Source: Cyanobacteria bacterium P01_A01_bin.123
GTDB lineage: Bacteria; Cyanobacteriota; Cyanobacteriia; Phormidesmidales; Phormidesmidaceae
Direction of reading: 5' to 3'
DNA length: 64,000 nucleotides
Assembly: GCA_039815185.1 (NCBI GenBank)
Contig: JBCBZT010000023.1
Coordinates: 55,672 to 119,671, forward strand
Positions 9,920 through 20,655 of this stretch are shown one piece after another. The notes beneath the pieces are model-generated. The model was not told the DNA's origin and ran no database searches. It saw only the letters and a program-made list of their open reading frames with translations. Numbering within the stretch: the stretch's first letter is position 1; each line of letters opens with the position of its first letter. Both the position numbers and the translations under genes were made by a program.

Positions 9920-10029
9920 CCGACCTTTTCCGACGTGATCGGTTCAAGCCCTGTTGAAGTTTTAGTAAAGTCTGCCGACCCAATTGCCGACTTTGCCCGA
10001 CTGACATTGGCTGTGTGTCTGCTTAGGGT
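9920..10029 (+). promoter_or_regulatory. Phased CCGAC direct-repeat array and candidate promoter of the ferritin-like gene
   Basis: CCGAC at 9920, 9930, 9975, 9987, 9997; CTGACA (10001-10006), 17-bp spacer, TAGGGT (10024-10029). Confidence 0.6.
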
Positions 10030-10058
10030 GGATGGGAACAGTCATCTAAAGGGTCACA

Positions 10059-11093
10059 ATGGTGAATACGATAATGCTGCCGTCAGTTCAAGTTGATCTT
10101 GCTGGGACGGTTTATAGTCAGCCCAATCTCTTTCAGATTCAAAAGCGCCTCCGGCAGCTTGTACAGCGCTATGTGACGCAAGACATTTTGCGCGATCGCT
10201 TAGAAGATTTGCCCCAGCAGTTTGCTCATCCGTCGCCGCGTCCTTGGCAAGCGATTGATTGGCAGGGCATTCATCCCGACCAAATTATTGGCATTGATCC
10301 CCAAATCTTTTTGGCTACCCTATCGGGCACCATCGATACAGAAGCACCCATCCGCGGCTATACCCAGGCGAGTCGACAGTATCTAGCCTTTAACTATCCT
10401 CACATGGCCCGTTTTGTGGGAGGGCAGCTAGATCAGAACAACACATTGGTGGAGTTAGGACTGTGGGAGAAAGAAGAACGCCGCCATACGCCCACCCTGA
10501 CGAAGCTCTACACACTGTTGGCAGGGCATCAGCCGACGGTAACACCCCATAATGCTCGTGCCTACCGCCCCAGTCAGGATCCTCGAGAGTCTTTATACCG
10601 TCATGGGTTACATCGGGTGGCAACGGAGTACGGTGCAACCTGTCTCTATCTCTGGATGATGGCCTATACAACCGGGCCGCTCCAGGCTGTGTTGGCAGAA
10701 GTCTTAATTGATGAAATTAACCATATGACAAAATTTTGGGGTTACGGGGCGTGGATTTTTCCCGAATCATCACCGCTACGAATTGGGCACACTTTATTCA
10801 AGGCGCTGGCTGAACGAAAGCGGAATAAACTGATCCAGGGTAGCTTGCTGCACACCCTGCGTCGGATGTTTCGTGTGCTCCACTGGCGCGATTGGAGTCT
10901 GACACAGCGGTTGGCGCTGTTCTACGGTGCTGACCAAGTGATGCGCCAACTGTGGCAGTGGCATGCTACGTTAACGCCGGATTATCTAAATCCGCTATTT
11001 GTCCCGTTTGTAGCCCCGTCATCGACAGACATACCGTCTATCAGTACGCAGCCCGATCAAGTGGGTCGTATCTCACGGTGCGATCGCGCCTAA
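10059..11093 (+). CDS. Ferritin-like di-iron carboxylate protein
   Basis: Two E...(E/D)ExxH pairs: DTEAP/EKEERRH and ATEYGA/IDEINH. Confidence 0.8.
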   Translation: MVNTIMLPSVQVDLAGTVYSQPNLFQIQKRLRQLVQRYVTQDILRDRLEDLPQQFAHPSPRPWQAIDWQGIHPDQIIGIDPQIFLATLSGTIDTEAPIRGYTQASRQYLAFNYPHMARFVGGQLDQNNTLVELGLWEKEERRHTPTLTKLYTLLAGHQPTVTPHNARAYRPSQDPRESLYRHGLHRVATEYGATCLYLWMMAYTTGPLQAVLAEVLIDEINHMTKFWGYGAWIFPESSPLRIGHTLFKALAERKRNKLIQGSLLHTLRRMFRVLHWRDWSLTQRLALFYGADQVMRQLWQWHATLTPDYLNPLFVPFVAPSSTDIPSISTQPDQVGRISRCDRA

Positions 11094-11236
11094 GGGCCAG
11101 TCGATGAGTATCGCGTTTAGATCTGGTCTGGTCTGTAACCTGGTGTTCTTTTCGTAGGACAATCGATCAGTTTCGACTGATATTGAGTCTTAAATCTCTT
11201 TCTTCCTATACTTAACTTTCAAGAAACCCAACTCCT

Positions 11237-12004
11237 ATGCTGCTCAAAACCCTACCGCCCGATCTTGACACGAACCGTTTGCCTAAGCATGTGGCGATCA
11301 TTATGGATGGTAATGGTCGCTGGGCTAAGCAAAAAGGACTGCCCCGAATCGCTGGGCATCGTCAAGGGGCAAAAACCTTGAAAGACCTACTGCGCTGCTG
11401 CAAAGACTGGGGCATTGGCGCGTTGACGGTCTACGCTTTTTCGACGGAAAACTGGCGACGCCCGCTAGAAGAAGTCAACTTTTTGATGGTGCTGTTTGAG
11501 CGGATGTTAGTAAAAGAACTTGCAGAAGCTCAAAAAGAGGGCGTCCGCATCCGTATTTTGGGTGATCTCTCTGGCGTATCGCCGTCGCTGCACCACACCA
11601 TGAAGCGAGTGATGGCAGAAACGGCTCACAATAGTGCGGTAGATTTCAACCTAGCCATTAACTATGGTAGCCGTCATGAGATTGTCCGCGCGGCTCAAGC
11701 CCTAGCGACCCAGGTGCAGACTGGAAAGTTGAATCCTGAAGATATTACTGAAGCAATGATCAGCGATCGCTTGGATACCGCAGGGCTACCAGACCCTGAT
11801 CTCCTGATCCGGACGAGCGGCGAAAAGCGTCTGAGCAACTATTTGCTATGGCAACTCGCCTATGCAGAAATGATTTTTGCTGATTGCCACTGGCCTGACT
11901 TTGACCGCGCCCAGTTTCACCAGGTATTGAAAGTATTCCAAAGTCGAGATCGCCGTTTTGGTGGCTTAAAAGAAACTGAACGAACCCCCGTCTTATCTGC
12001 TTAA
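11237..12004 (+). CDS. uppS: cis-isoprenyl transferase (undecaprenyl diphosphate synthase family), probably a second paralog
   Basis: [49 protein letters not shown]. Confidence 0.92.
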   Translation: MLLKTLPPDLDTNRLPKHVAIIMDGNGRWAKQKGLPRIAGHRQGAKTLKDLLRCCKDWGIGALTVYAFSTENWRRPLEEVNFLMVLFERMLVKELAEAQKEGVRIRILGDLSGVSPSLHHTMKRVMAETAHNSAVDFNLAINYGSRHEIVRAAQALATQVQTGKLNPEDITEAMISDRLDTAGLPDPDLLIRTSGEKRLSNYLLWQLAYAEMIFADCHWPDFDRAQFHQVLKVFQSRDRRFGGLKETERTPVLSA

Positions 12005-12231
12005 TTCACGAGCCTTGGCTTCTTGATTCCTGTACTCTTTGCTGTGCAATCGGTATAAATCCCATTGACATGATATGAAGACCCATCAAGTTAGGTGTAA
12101 AGACCGTAAAATCTCTGAACTTTCCTAATCTATCCGGTTGATTCATATCGACTTAGAAATCTAGATTAGAGGATGATTTTGTCGTTTTTAAACAACTATC
12201 TCATCGTCTAATTTAGAATACTGCAAGGATA

Positions 12232-12642
12232 GTGCTGATGGATTCTTTGAAATTTCGTCTCCAACTTCAAAGCCAGGGCTTAAATGCTAAGCTCTATCCC
12301 TATGAGGCTCGGTTGTATATTCTAGTTGAATCAAAAGAGATACCAGCTAAAGAACACGCTGTAAAGCTAGTGCGCCAAGCCTTACAGTCCTCATCTTGGT
12401 TGAGTGCTGACTATCGAGTTTATATTTATGGGCGCTCCAGTAGCAACTTCTTACCCGACTGGGTGCAGGCATTTAGCTGCCGCGTGACTCAGAGTGGAAT
12501 CGAATTTGCCAACCCTAACTTCTACTGCAATCAAACCTTTCCAATTTTGCATCAGAAGCATTGCCAAAAGAGCATTTGCTTACCGTCACCGGGTCAGAAA
12601 TTAAACCCCCAATATCGTCGCCTATTGGAATCAGTTGCCTAG
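12232..12642 (+). CDS. Hypothetical protein
   Basis: 136-aa ORF; LYILVES..P...VYIYGR..P.W pattern resembles a recurrent cyanobacterial domain of unknown function. Confidence 0.55.
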   Translation: MLMDSLKFRLQLQSQGLNAKLYPYEARLYILVESKEIPAKEHAVKLVRQALQSSSWLSADYRVYIYGRSSSNFLPDWVQAFSCRVTQSGIEFANPNFYCNQTFPILHQKHCQKSICLPSPGQKLNPQYRRLLESVA

Positions 12643-12747
12643 CAGATATCAAGATCTTAAACAAAGTCTGCCAGCTTGTTGAAAACGAGCTACAGTATGC
12701 CAACATAGGCAGCTAAAGTATTTGAGTCGTGGAGGCGGGCAAGATCT

Positions 12748-13425
12748 GTGAGAGGTCGATTGAGTGCTTTGGGTTTGTTCATATTGGTGGCAGGCACCTT
12801 TGGGATGGCAGCTGGGGGAAATACGGCTGATTTCCCACCCTGTCCGCCGCCTAGTGCTAGTGAATATTTACTACTGGTGCGGGGGGAGACTGAGGCAGAC
12901 CGCGATCGTGTGCAAGATTTGCTCCCGGCCAGCAGTACTGTCATGGTTTGCGACTACCTTGATGATGTGGTCGTGCGGGCTGGCGGATTCACCAGTCTAG
13001 AAACAGCCAATGCCTGGGCCCAGTACATGACTGAAGTTGAAGAATTACAGGCTTTCGTTGCCCGCCCCCCGACTGCTAGTGAAGTTGTGGCAACAACTCA
13101 GCCAGCACCGGAAACTGCGGCTGAAGCCGCTGCTGTGGCCTATGATCCTCAACCCTTGGCCCCTGGTTATGCCGTCTTAGTGGATTATTTCAATCGTCCG
13201 GAAGTGGCGTTGGATGTGCAGCAATCCCTCAGCCAATCCGTCGGGTTGGTGGTGTACCGTCAGCGCCCCTACTTGTTGGTTAGCCAAACCGAAGATGCTG
13301 TCGCGGCGGGTAGTACTTTACAAACCCTCAGCAACCAAAACTTTACGGCAGTAGTGGTGGATAGTCGCCAAGTGGTGGTGCTAACGCCACGCGTGGCCTT
13401 TGCTGATGGCACAGCAAGTCAATAG
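12748..13425 (+). CDS. Secreted hypothetical protein
   Basis: Signal-peptide-like N-terminus, CPPP...EYLLLV, C..L...VVRAGGF. Confidence 0.7.
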   Translation: MRGRLSALGLFILVAGTFGMAAGGNTADFPPCPPPSASEYLLLVRGETEADRDRVQDLLPASSTVMVCDYLDDVVVRAGGFTSLETANAWAQYMTEVEELQAFVARPPTASEVVATTQPAPETAAEAAAVAYDPQPLAPGYAVLVDYFNRPEVALDVQQSLSQSVGLVVYRQRPYLLVSQTEDAVAAGSTLQTLSNQNFTAVVVDSRQVVVLTPRVAFADGTASQ

Positions 13426-13874
13426 GCGGGGGCTGCTAGACAGGCGATCGCGGCACCGAGAGCCGACCCGGCAATCACCTGAACCGGGGTATGCCCCAAA
13501 AGCTCTTTGAGGCGGTCTTCATTAAATTCTGGATTTTCCTGAAACAGCTCATCTACCATTTGATTGAGTACACGGGCCTGTTTGCCAGCTGCTTGCCGAA
13601 CGCCAGCAGCATCGTACATGACGATAATGGCGAAAATAGCCGTAGCTGCAAAAATTGGGCTGCTCCAGCCCAGACTTTGCCCAACTCCAACGGCTAACGC
13701 GGTGACTAAAGCAGAATGGGAGCTAGGCATGCCGCCTGTTTCTACTAGAACCCGCAGGTTAACTTTGCCGTGTCGAGAAAACTCAATCACGAGCTTGAGG
13801 AGCTGGGCGAATAGGCAAGCAAAACCTGCTACTAGCAGCACCCGATTGTTCAGGATTTCACCAATGTCCCCCAT
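13419..13874 (-). CDS. Divergent PAP2 family protein (DUF212)
   Basis: TGGMPSSHSA, VMYDAAGVR, LKELLGHTP; canonical position after crtE. Confidence 0.92.
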   Translation of the reverse strand: MGDIGEILNNRVLLVAGFACLFAQLLKLVIEFSRHGKVNLRVLVETGGMPSSHSALVTALAVGVGQSLGWSSPIFAATAIFAIIVMYDAAGVRQAAGKQARVLNQMVDELFQENPEFNEDRLKELLGHTPVQVIAGSALGAAIACLAAPAY

Positions 13875-13887
13875 GTGATTGTCGTCC

Positions 13888-14811
13888 TTAATGAGTACGA
13901 GCGGTAATGTAATCTGCGATCGCTAAGAGTGGTTGGTTGAGACAACCAAACGACTTTAATTCTTGCTTAGCTTGATCAACTAACTGGTGTGCCTGACGTT
14001 TCGATTCGTCAATGCCCCACAAACTGGGATAGGTCGCTTTTTGAGCGGCTTCGTCTTTGCCAATGGATTTCCCTAATTCTTCTTGGGTTGATGTGATGTC
14101 TAAGACATCGTCCACAATTTGGAAAGCTAGGCCAATGTTTTGGGCATAGCGTGATAGGTTTGCCAAGATTTCGGGGGGTGCCCCTGCGATCATTGCGCCC
14201 GCTGTGACCGATACCTCTAGTAGAGCAGCGGTTTTGTGCCGATGGATAAAGTTGAGCGTATCTACGGTCACATCAGTTTTACCTTCAGATTCTAAATCGA
14301 CCACTTGCCCTCCCACGAGCCCATCCGCTCCCACAGCCCGACCCAGGGCTGCCACTACTTTCAAGAGATGTTCAGCCGGGACGTTTTGAGTTTGGGTGGC
14401 AATGAATTCAAAGGCGTAGGCCAATAGGGCATCTCCGGCCAAAATGGCAACGTCATCCCCATAAATTTTGTGGTTCGTTAATTGCCCCCGACGGTAGTCG
14501 TCGTCATCCATCGCGGGTAAATCGTCGTGAATCAACGACATGGTGTGCACCATCTCTAAAGCACAAGCGGTAGGCATGGCCATCTCGATAGTTGCCCCAG
14601 TGAGTTCAGCCGTAGCGAGGCAAAGAATAGGGCGTAACCGTTTGCCCCCAGCCATTAAGGAATAGCGCATAGACTCATAGATCGTCTCTGGGTACACGAC
14701 CTTAATTGCTTGATCGAGGGCGTGCTCGACTGCTTGCTTGCGCGCTTTTAGGTAGGTGGCAAGTTTAAAGGACGACACAGAAGGCTGGGGGGTGGAATCG
14801 GTGAAAACCAT
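13888..14811 (-). CDS. crtE: Geranylgeranyl diphosphate synthase
   Basis: [24 protein letters not shown] (FARM), FQIVDDVLD (SARM), KATYP. Confidence 0.95.
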   Translation of the reverse strand: MVFTDSTPQPSVSSFKLATYLKARKQAVEHALDQAIKVVYPETIYESMRYSLMAGGKRLRPILCLATAELTGATIEMAMPTACALEMVHTMSLIHDDLPAMDDDDYRRGQLTNHKIYGDDVAILAGDALLAYAFEFIATQTQNVPAEHLLKVVAALGRAVGADGLVGGQVVDLESEGKTDVTVDTLNFIHRHKTAALLEVSVTAGAMIAGAPPEILANLSRYAQNIGLAFQIVDDVLDITSTQEELGKSIGKDEAAQKATYPSLWGIDESKRQAHQLVDQAKQELKSFGCLNQPLLAIADYITARTH

Positions 14812-14883
14812 GACGGACAGTTTCAAAGAGACAGCATAGCAGGCGCTTTCAATAATTTGGTGCTGAGTTGGGTTGAACAACCA

Positions 14884-15756
14884 TTACTCATGAAGCTGTT
14901 GACGGCGGCAATAGCTCCATACTGTATTTTGCAACAGCATGGTCACAGTCATAGGGCCAACGCCACCGGGGACAGGGGTAATTGCCTGAACGGTAGGTTC
15001 AACCCCATAAAAGTCTACATCGCCGACGAGCCTAGCTTTTCCAGTTTCTAAAGTGAGTCGGTTGATGCCCACATCAATCACGACACTGCCCGGTTTTACC
15101 ATATCAGCTGTAATTAAGTTGGGGCGACCCACTGCGGTGACTAAGATATCGGCACTGCGCGTAATCTCGGCTAAGTTCTGGGAACGAGAATGGGCAATGG
15201 TGACTGTGGCGTTGGCTTCCAACAGCATCAATGTCATCGGTTTACCGACCAAAATACTGCGGCCCAAGACAACGGCCTGTTTGCCGATTAGGTCAATATC
15301 ATAGGTTTCAAGCAATCGCATGATGCCTGCCGGTGTACAGCTTCTTAGCCCCGATTCACCCCGTACCAGACGCCCTAGGCTAATTGGGTGCAGGCCATCA
15401 ACATCTTTGTCGGGGTTGATGGTATTCAGCAAGGCAGTGGCGTCTAAGCCCTGGGGCAGCGGTAACTGGATTAAGATACCGTCTACCCGAGTGTCTTGGT
15501 TGAGGGCGTGAACTAGGGCAGTGAGCTCGGCTTGACTGGTCTCGGCTGGAAGGTGCTGGCCAAAAGAGACAACCCCAATGCGATCGCAGCTACGTTCTTT
15601 ATTGCGCACATAGGCTGCACTGGCTGGATTATCTCCTACCATCAAAACGGCTAGCCCAGGGGGACGACCATACTGTGCCTGCAGGGATTGAATCTGATCA
15701 CGCAAGTCAGCTTGAATTTTATTCGCTAAGGATTTGCCGTCGAGCAGCTGCGCCAT
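14884..15756 (-). CDS. folD: Methylenetetrahydrofolate dehydrogenase/cyclohydrolase
   Basis: [34 protein letters not shown]. Confidence 0.96.
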   Translation of the reverse strand: MAQLLDGKSLANKIQADLRDQIQSLQAQYGRPPGLAVLMVGDNPASAAYVRNKERSCDRIGVVSFGQHLPAETSQAELTALVHALNQDTRVDGILIQLPLPQGLDATALLNTINPDKDVDGLHPISLGRLVRGESGLRSCTPAGIMRLLETYDIDLIGKQAVVLGRSILVGKPMTLMLLEANATVTIAHSRSQNLAEITRSADILVTAVGRPNLITADMVKPGSVVIDVGINRLTLETGKARLVGDVDFYGVEPTVQAITPVPGGVGPMTVTMLLQNTVWSYCRRQQLHE

Positions 15757-15796
15757 AGTCAAAGAGCATAAACTTTAAGTTAATAGTTTCTCAGAT

Positions 15797-16306
15797 TTGG
15801 TTCCGCCTATGGCGATCTTTAAGCTGCCGCGTGATATTGATATCTCTATTGATTCCCTTGAGTCATTGCGAAAGCTATTGAGCCTGAGCACTGCGGTATT
15901 CTTGCTCGGTTTGGGAGGATGCAGTTTTAACCAAGCTAGTCCCCTTTCCAATCTAGATGTGCCGAATCCACTAGGCATAGATGGACCCATTACCCCTGTG
16001 GCTGATATTTATCAGCAACCAGAGGGAGTGGTGTCTGAACCCACTGAACCTGCTACGGCTGAGGAACCCGTTTACCTACGGGGGCGAGTTGCCCAACGGC
16101 TACCCTTACTGGAGGGATGGCTGTATCAGGTGGAAGATGAGACGGGCTTGATTTGGGTGATCACGTCTGGCGTTGCACCTGAAGTGGGCGATCGCGTCAC
16201 GGTGAAAGGCACCGTTGCCTTTGAAAGCGTCCCGATTGCTGACGAAGAGCTAGGCGACTACTACATTCAAGAATTAGAGCATGAGGTCAGGGCGAATGTG
16301 AAGTGA
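15797..16306 (+). CDS. Putative lipoprotein with OB-fold-like C-terminal domain
   Basis: LGGC lipobox; VYLRGRV...YQVEDETGLIWV...GDRVTVKG; true start probably downstream of 15797. Confidence 0.65.
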   Translation: MVPPMAIFKLPRDIDISIDSLESLRKLLSLSTAVFLLGLGGCSFNQASPLSNLDVPNPLGIDGPITPVADIYQQPEGVVSEPTEPATAEEPVYLRGRVAQRLPLLEGWLYQVEDETGLIWVITSGVAPEVGDRVTVKGTVAFESVPIADEELGDYYIQELEHEVRANVK

Positions 16307-16704
16307 GACAACGATTTGTGGTCGAATATGCCCCCCAACTTGAGATCCTCCAACGGGCAACGTTGATGATCACCCACGCTGGCATGAATACAACGATGGA
16401 ATGCCTGATGTATGGGGTGCCGATGGTGGCGATTCCGGTCGCTAATGATCAGCCAGGGGTTTCGGCTCGGATTGTTTGGAGTGGGGTGGGAGAACGTGTC
16501 TCTTTGAAAAACCTGAGCGTTGAAAAACTACGGACAGCCATTCAGGCTGTGTTAACTAATTCTGCTTATAAGCAGACAGCTCTCGCATTACAAGCCGATT
16601 GTCAGCATACGGGTGGTGTGCAGAAAGCTGCTGACATTATTGAAACCGCGATCGCGACTGGCCAGCCTGTTTTAGCAAAGACATCATCAGTCATCCAGTT
16701 TTAG
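16303..16704 (+). pseudogene. C-terminal fragment of an MGT/GT1 UDP-glycosyltransferase
   Basis: YAPQLEIL...ITHAGMNTTMECL..GVPMVAIP..NDQP signature, but only 133 aa and no N-terminal domain. Confidence 0.8.
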
Positions 16705-17712
16705 TGCCGATCCGTCAGGGGCCTCTAGCACAAACCCAGCGTCGCGAATCATGGTGTAATCTTGTTGAGCAGCTTGACCAGGGGTGGTCAGATAGTCACC
16801 CACGAAGATGGAGTTAGCCGCATAGAGACCGAGGGGTTGTAGCGATCGCAGCTGCACTTCCCGACCCCCTGCAATCCGAATTTCCTGAGCGGGCAGTAAA
16901 AATCGAAACAAACACAGAATCCGCAAGCACTGGCGTGGCGTCAGCACAGATTTACCTTCAAAGGGCGTACCCGGAATCGGAATCAAAAAATTCAGCGGCA
17001 CACTAGTCACATTGAGCTGTCGCAAGGAGAGGGCTAAATCAATCACGTCATCATCAGATTCGCCCATGCCTAGAATGCCTCCCGAACAAGTCGTTAATCC
17101 TGCTGCCTGGACTGCTTTGACCGTATCAACGCGATCGCTAAACTGATGGGTTGAGCAAATATCACTGTGGAAGGCTTCGGCGGTATTTAAGTTGTGGTTG
17201 ACTCGATCGACCCCGGCGGCTGCAAGTTCATGGGTTTGGGCGTTGTTCAATAAACCTAGACAAGCACAAATCTTCAGATCATGGCGAGCTTTGACAGCGT
17301 GGACAGACTCTAGCACTTGGTTGAAGACTTTTTCTGACGGCGATCGCCCCGAAATCACCATGCAAAAGGTTCCCGCCTTGAGTTCAGCGGCGCGATCGGC
17401 GGCAGCTAAAATCTGCTCCCGGGCCATGAAAGGATATTTTTCAATTTCGGCGGTAGAAATTTTAGACTGGGAGCAATAGTGACAATCTTCTGGACAAAGA
17501 CCACTCTGAGCATTGAGCAAAAAATGCAGCCTCACTCGATTGCCCCAATGGTGGTGACGCACTCGGTAAGCCGCAGCCAGTTGAGCCAAAAGTTCGGTGT
17601 CGGGAGCTTGTAAAACAGCTTGAGCCGCTGTTCGTTCAATCTCTTGTCCAGCCAGGGCTTGATCCGCCAGGTGACCCCAGTCCTGAGTGGACACTACCGT
17701 ATTGGTTATCAT
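16687..17712 (-). CDS. bioB: Biotin synthase
   Basis: Radical [47 protein letters not shown]; start uncertain (17736 or 17712). Confidence 0.96.
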   Translation of the reverse strand: MITNTVVSTQDWGHLADQALAGQEIERTAAQAVLQAPDTELLAQLAAAYRVRHHHWGNRVRLHFLLNAQSGLCPEDCHYCSQSKISTAEIEKYPFMAREQILAAADRAAELKAGTFCMVISGRSPSEKVFNQVLESVHAVKARHDLKICACLGLLNNAQTHELAAAGVDRVNHNLNTAEAFHSDICSTHQFSDRVDTVKAVQAAGLTTCSGGILGMGESDDDVIDLALSLRQLNVTSVPLNFLIPIPGTPFEGKSVLTPRQCLRILCLFRFLLPAQEIRIAGGREVQLRSLQPLGLYAANSIFVGDYLTTPGQAAQQDYTMIRDAGFVLEAPDGSALKLDD

Positions 17713-17940
17713 TGCTATTGTCTTTCCATTCGCCAAATCTCACTCTAAACCACATTCTGACCGCGATCGCGAGTGTCAAAACTTTCGAATTGCGTACCGC
17801 GTGATGCCTAGAGCTGAGACAATGCGAAGTTGCGTAAACTAAGCTGCCTGGAGCCGCTAATTTCAACATCCTGATTGTGTTAGATCGCTAGAGTATAGCT
17901 ATAGCATGCCAATGACTAAAGCCCGTTTGAGGAACTCAAC

Positions 17941-18858
17941 GTGATGAAAAAAGCCTACTGGTGGCTGGCTGGCATTGTCGGAGTCTCGCTGATTGTGGGA
18001 GGAAGCTGTGCAGTCATGCGCAATCCAGATTCCCCATCTGCTGACTCTACGGTTTCAGAGACCGCTACCCAAGCCGAATCAGAGGCCGAATCTACACCAG
18101 GGGATCAAGCGGCTGAGGTAGATCAGACCCCGACGCCAACGCCTGATCCTGATCAAGCCCTAACAGATTTTGACCATCGCCGTCTTGAGGTGATTGATAA
18201 GGTGAACTCAGGCAGCGAGTTTGCCCAATTCCGCAATGACTTTGCCGCAGCGGTGAAAGGGCGCGATCGCAACTTTATTACTGCGTTGATCCCTGCGGAT
18301 GGCTTGATATACGGCTTTGGCGGCCCGATGCAGCCTGAAGATCTAGATTTAGCAGAAGAAGACGGTTGGTTTTGGCAAGAGCTTGAAAAAATAGTTGCCC
18401 CCAGTAGTTGCGAAGTTACCGATTATCCATCAACTCAGCAGGGCCAGGATGTTTGGGTTTGTCCCAATATTTCAGCGTCCTTTTACCGTCAATATCCTGT
18501 GTCAGATATCCCGCCAGAGACCTTAGGGGAAGACGAAGGGCTGGGCGTCGAATTTGAAACGGTGATTGTCTACGGTAACGGTGTGAATGTTCGATCTGCG
18601 CCTAACACCAAGGCTGAAGTGGTTGGCAAGCTCTCCAATGAACTGGTCACCTTAGATCAAGTTGCGATGGAGCAGCTCTACGACGAAGCCCCGGATAGTG
18701 CATCCGGTGCGGTTGACGGCTGGACAGCAATTGTCTTACCTAATCAAGTCCGTGGCTATGTTTATAACCAATTCGTTTACCAGCCCCTAAGCCCCCGGGC
18801 GCTGTTTGAAGAAATTGACGGTGAGTGGCAAATCGTACGGATTCTAGCAGGAGATTAG
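17941..18858 (+). CDS. Exported or lipid-anchored protein with SH3b-like domain
   Basis: Signal with GGSC, acidic linker, GVNVRSAPNTKAEVVGKL...W...GYV SH3b pattern. Confidence 0.7.
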   Translation: MMKKAYWWLAGIVGVSLIVGGSCAVMRNPDSPSADSTVSETATQAESEAESTPGDQAAEVDQTPTPTPDPDQALTDFDHRRLEVIDKVNSGSEFAQFRNDFAAAVKGRDRNFITALIPADGLIYGFGGPMQPEDLDLAEEDGWFWQELEKIVAPSSCEVTDYPSTQQGQDVWVCPNISASFYRQYPVSDIPPETLGEDEGLGVEFETVIVYGNGVNVRSAPNTKAEVVGKLSNELVTLDQVAMEQLYDEAPDSASGAVDGWTAIVLPNQVRGYVYNQFVYQPLSPRALFEEIDGEWQIVRILAGD

Positions 18859-18865
18859 GCTGACC

Positions 18866-20086
18866 ATGGATTTCTCCGAAAGCTTCAAAATGGCGGTCAA
18901 AACGCTGACAGCCAACAAGCTGCGGAGTAGCTTGACTATGTTGGGCATTATCATTGGAAATGCCTCTGTGATTGCCATGGTGGGTATTGGTGAGGGGGCA
19001 CAACGGTATGTGAATGAACAGCTCCAATCGTTAGGGCCAAATGTCTTGTTTATTGCCCCCGGCAATCGAGAAACGCGGGAATTGGGCGGCCTGGATATTC
19101 CAAAGACTTTGGTAGTTGCCGATGCGACTGCGATCGCTCAACAGGTTCCTTCAGTGGTGGCCGTCGCGCCTGAAAATACAACCCGTGGGTTGGTGACCTA
19201 TCGCAACCGCAATACCAATACCAGCATTGTTGGCACCAGTCCTGATTTTCCGAAGGTGCGTAGTTTTGATGTGGCTCAAGGAAGATTTCTCAGGGATTTA
19301 GACCTGAGGCGTAATGCCCAAGTGGTGGTGTTGGGGGCGACTTTAGCCGAGCGACTATTTGACGGTGAGCTGCCATTAGGGCAGCAGGTGCGGATTCAGG
19401 GTACCAGCTTTGAGGTGATTGGGGTGATGGCCACTAAAGGGTCAAACCTGGGGCTTGACTATGACGACGCGGTGATGATTCCCATCACGACCCTATCGAG
19501 CCGGATTGTGGGGCGTACATCACCCTATGGCATAGAGGTGTCGTTTATTTCAGTGTCGGCAACGAACCAAGAAAGCATGTCCACTGCTGAGTTTCAAATT
19601 ACCAACCTGCTGCGCCTCCGCCACAACTTAACTGGAGAAAACGACTTTTTCATTCAAAGCCAGGACACGCTGCTGACCATTGCCAATACGATTACCGGGG
19701 CGCTAACGCTAATGCTGGCTGCGATCGCGAGCATTTCCCTCTTGGTCGGCGGCATCGGCATTATGAACATTATGCTGGTATCAGTGCGCGAACGGACCCA
19801 GGAAATCGGCCTGCGCAAGGCGATTGGGGCGTCTCAGCAAGACATTTTGGTGCAGTTTATCATCGAAGCCGTGATTCTTTCTGTTGCGGGTGGCATGGTG
19901 GGGACAGCTTTAGGGCTATCGGGCATTGTGTTGATCAGTGCCGTGAGCCCGTTTGAAGCGGGCGTGTCAATGGGCGCGATCGCGATCGCTGTCAGTGTTT
20001 CCGGCGGCATCGGTTTGTTCTTCGGCGTCTTCCCTGCTAGGCAAGCCGCAAAGCTGGATCCAATTGTGGCCTTAAGGAGTGCCTAG
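18866..20086 (+). CDS. MacB/FtsX-family ABC transporter permease
   Basis: NKLRSSLTMLGIIIG, ISLLVGGIGIMNIMLVSVRERTQEIGLRKAIGA, PARQAAKLDPI. Confidence 0.93.
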   Translation: MDFSESFKMAVKTLTANKLRSSLTMLGIIIGNASVIAMVGIGEGAQRYVNEQLQSLGPNVLFIAPGNRETRELGGLDIPKTLVVADATAIAQQVPSVVAVAPENTTRGLVTYRNRNTNTSIVGTSPDFPKVRSFDVAQGRFLRDLDLRRNAQVVVLGATLAERLFDGELPLGQQVRIQGTSFEVIGVMATKGSNLGLDYDDAVMIPITTLSSRIVGRTSPYGIEVSFISVSATNQESMSTAEFQITNLLRLRHNLTGENDFFIQSQDTLLTIANTITGALTLMLAAIASISLLVGGIGIMNIMLVSVRERTQEIGLRKAIGASQQDILVQFIIEAVILSVAGGMVGTALGLSGIVLISAVSPFEAGVSMGAIAIAVSVSGGIGLFFGVFPARQAAKLDPIVALRSA

Positions 20087-20104
20087 TCGTTTGAGGTTCA
20101 TACA

Positions 20105-20464
20105 ATGGAAGTAGGTCAAAAATATTCATTCGAGATCAATGGTGATCACCCCAATCCCTATTTCATCGTTTGCAAAATCGATAAAGATCATGGGAAAGAA
20201 ATTATCAGTATTTCAATTGCTGGTCTTAAATTTATCAATCCACATTCAGAAACGGGGTTTGGACATGCAATCAGCCATGCCCCAGTAGAGCTCAAAGCTT
20301 TATCAAACTCTCCAATTAAATTGGTTGGCGAAAATGAACAATTACCAGATTATGAAGAAGGCTATTCAACATGGCGTGAAGCCTTTGAATCAGGTCAAGG
20401 GGGTTATTTTACAATTTCTCCAGATAAAATAGTCGAATATATTGTGAGCAGTATCTTGCAATAA
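20105..20464 (+). CDS. Hypothetical protein (AT-rich insert)
   Basis: 119-aa ORF with GAGG RBS; AT-rich; no HIP1. Confidence 0.7.
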   Translation: MEVGQKYSFEINGDHPNPYFIVCKIDKDHGKEIISISIAGLKFINPHSETGFGHAISHAPVELKALSNSPIKLVGENEQLPDYEEGYSTWREAFESGQGGYFTISPDKIVEYIVSSILQ

Positions 20465-20655
20465 CACCGGCCAAAGGGATGAGCCGAATCCAAAAAATAC
20501 GTGATCCAGTCGTTTCGGTATAAGCAAACGAAAGTAATTTTTAGGGGGGCAATCCCCGTCGTTTTAGACCCTTCAAAAAGATGTTGCGATTCTTAAGCTG
20601 ATTCAATTAGAGGCAGTAAATATCTTAGCGTTTCTGCGTTCACGGATAATTCAAA

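Noticed and set aside
20093..20480. Integron gene cassette
   Set aside because: No convincing RYYYAAC...GTTRRRY attC hairpin and no integrase
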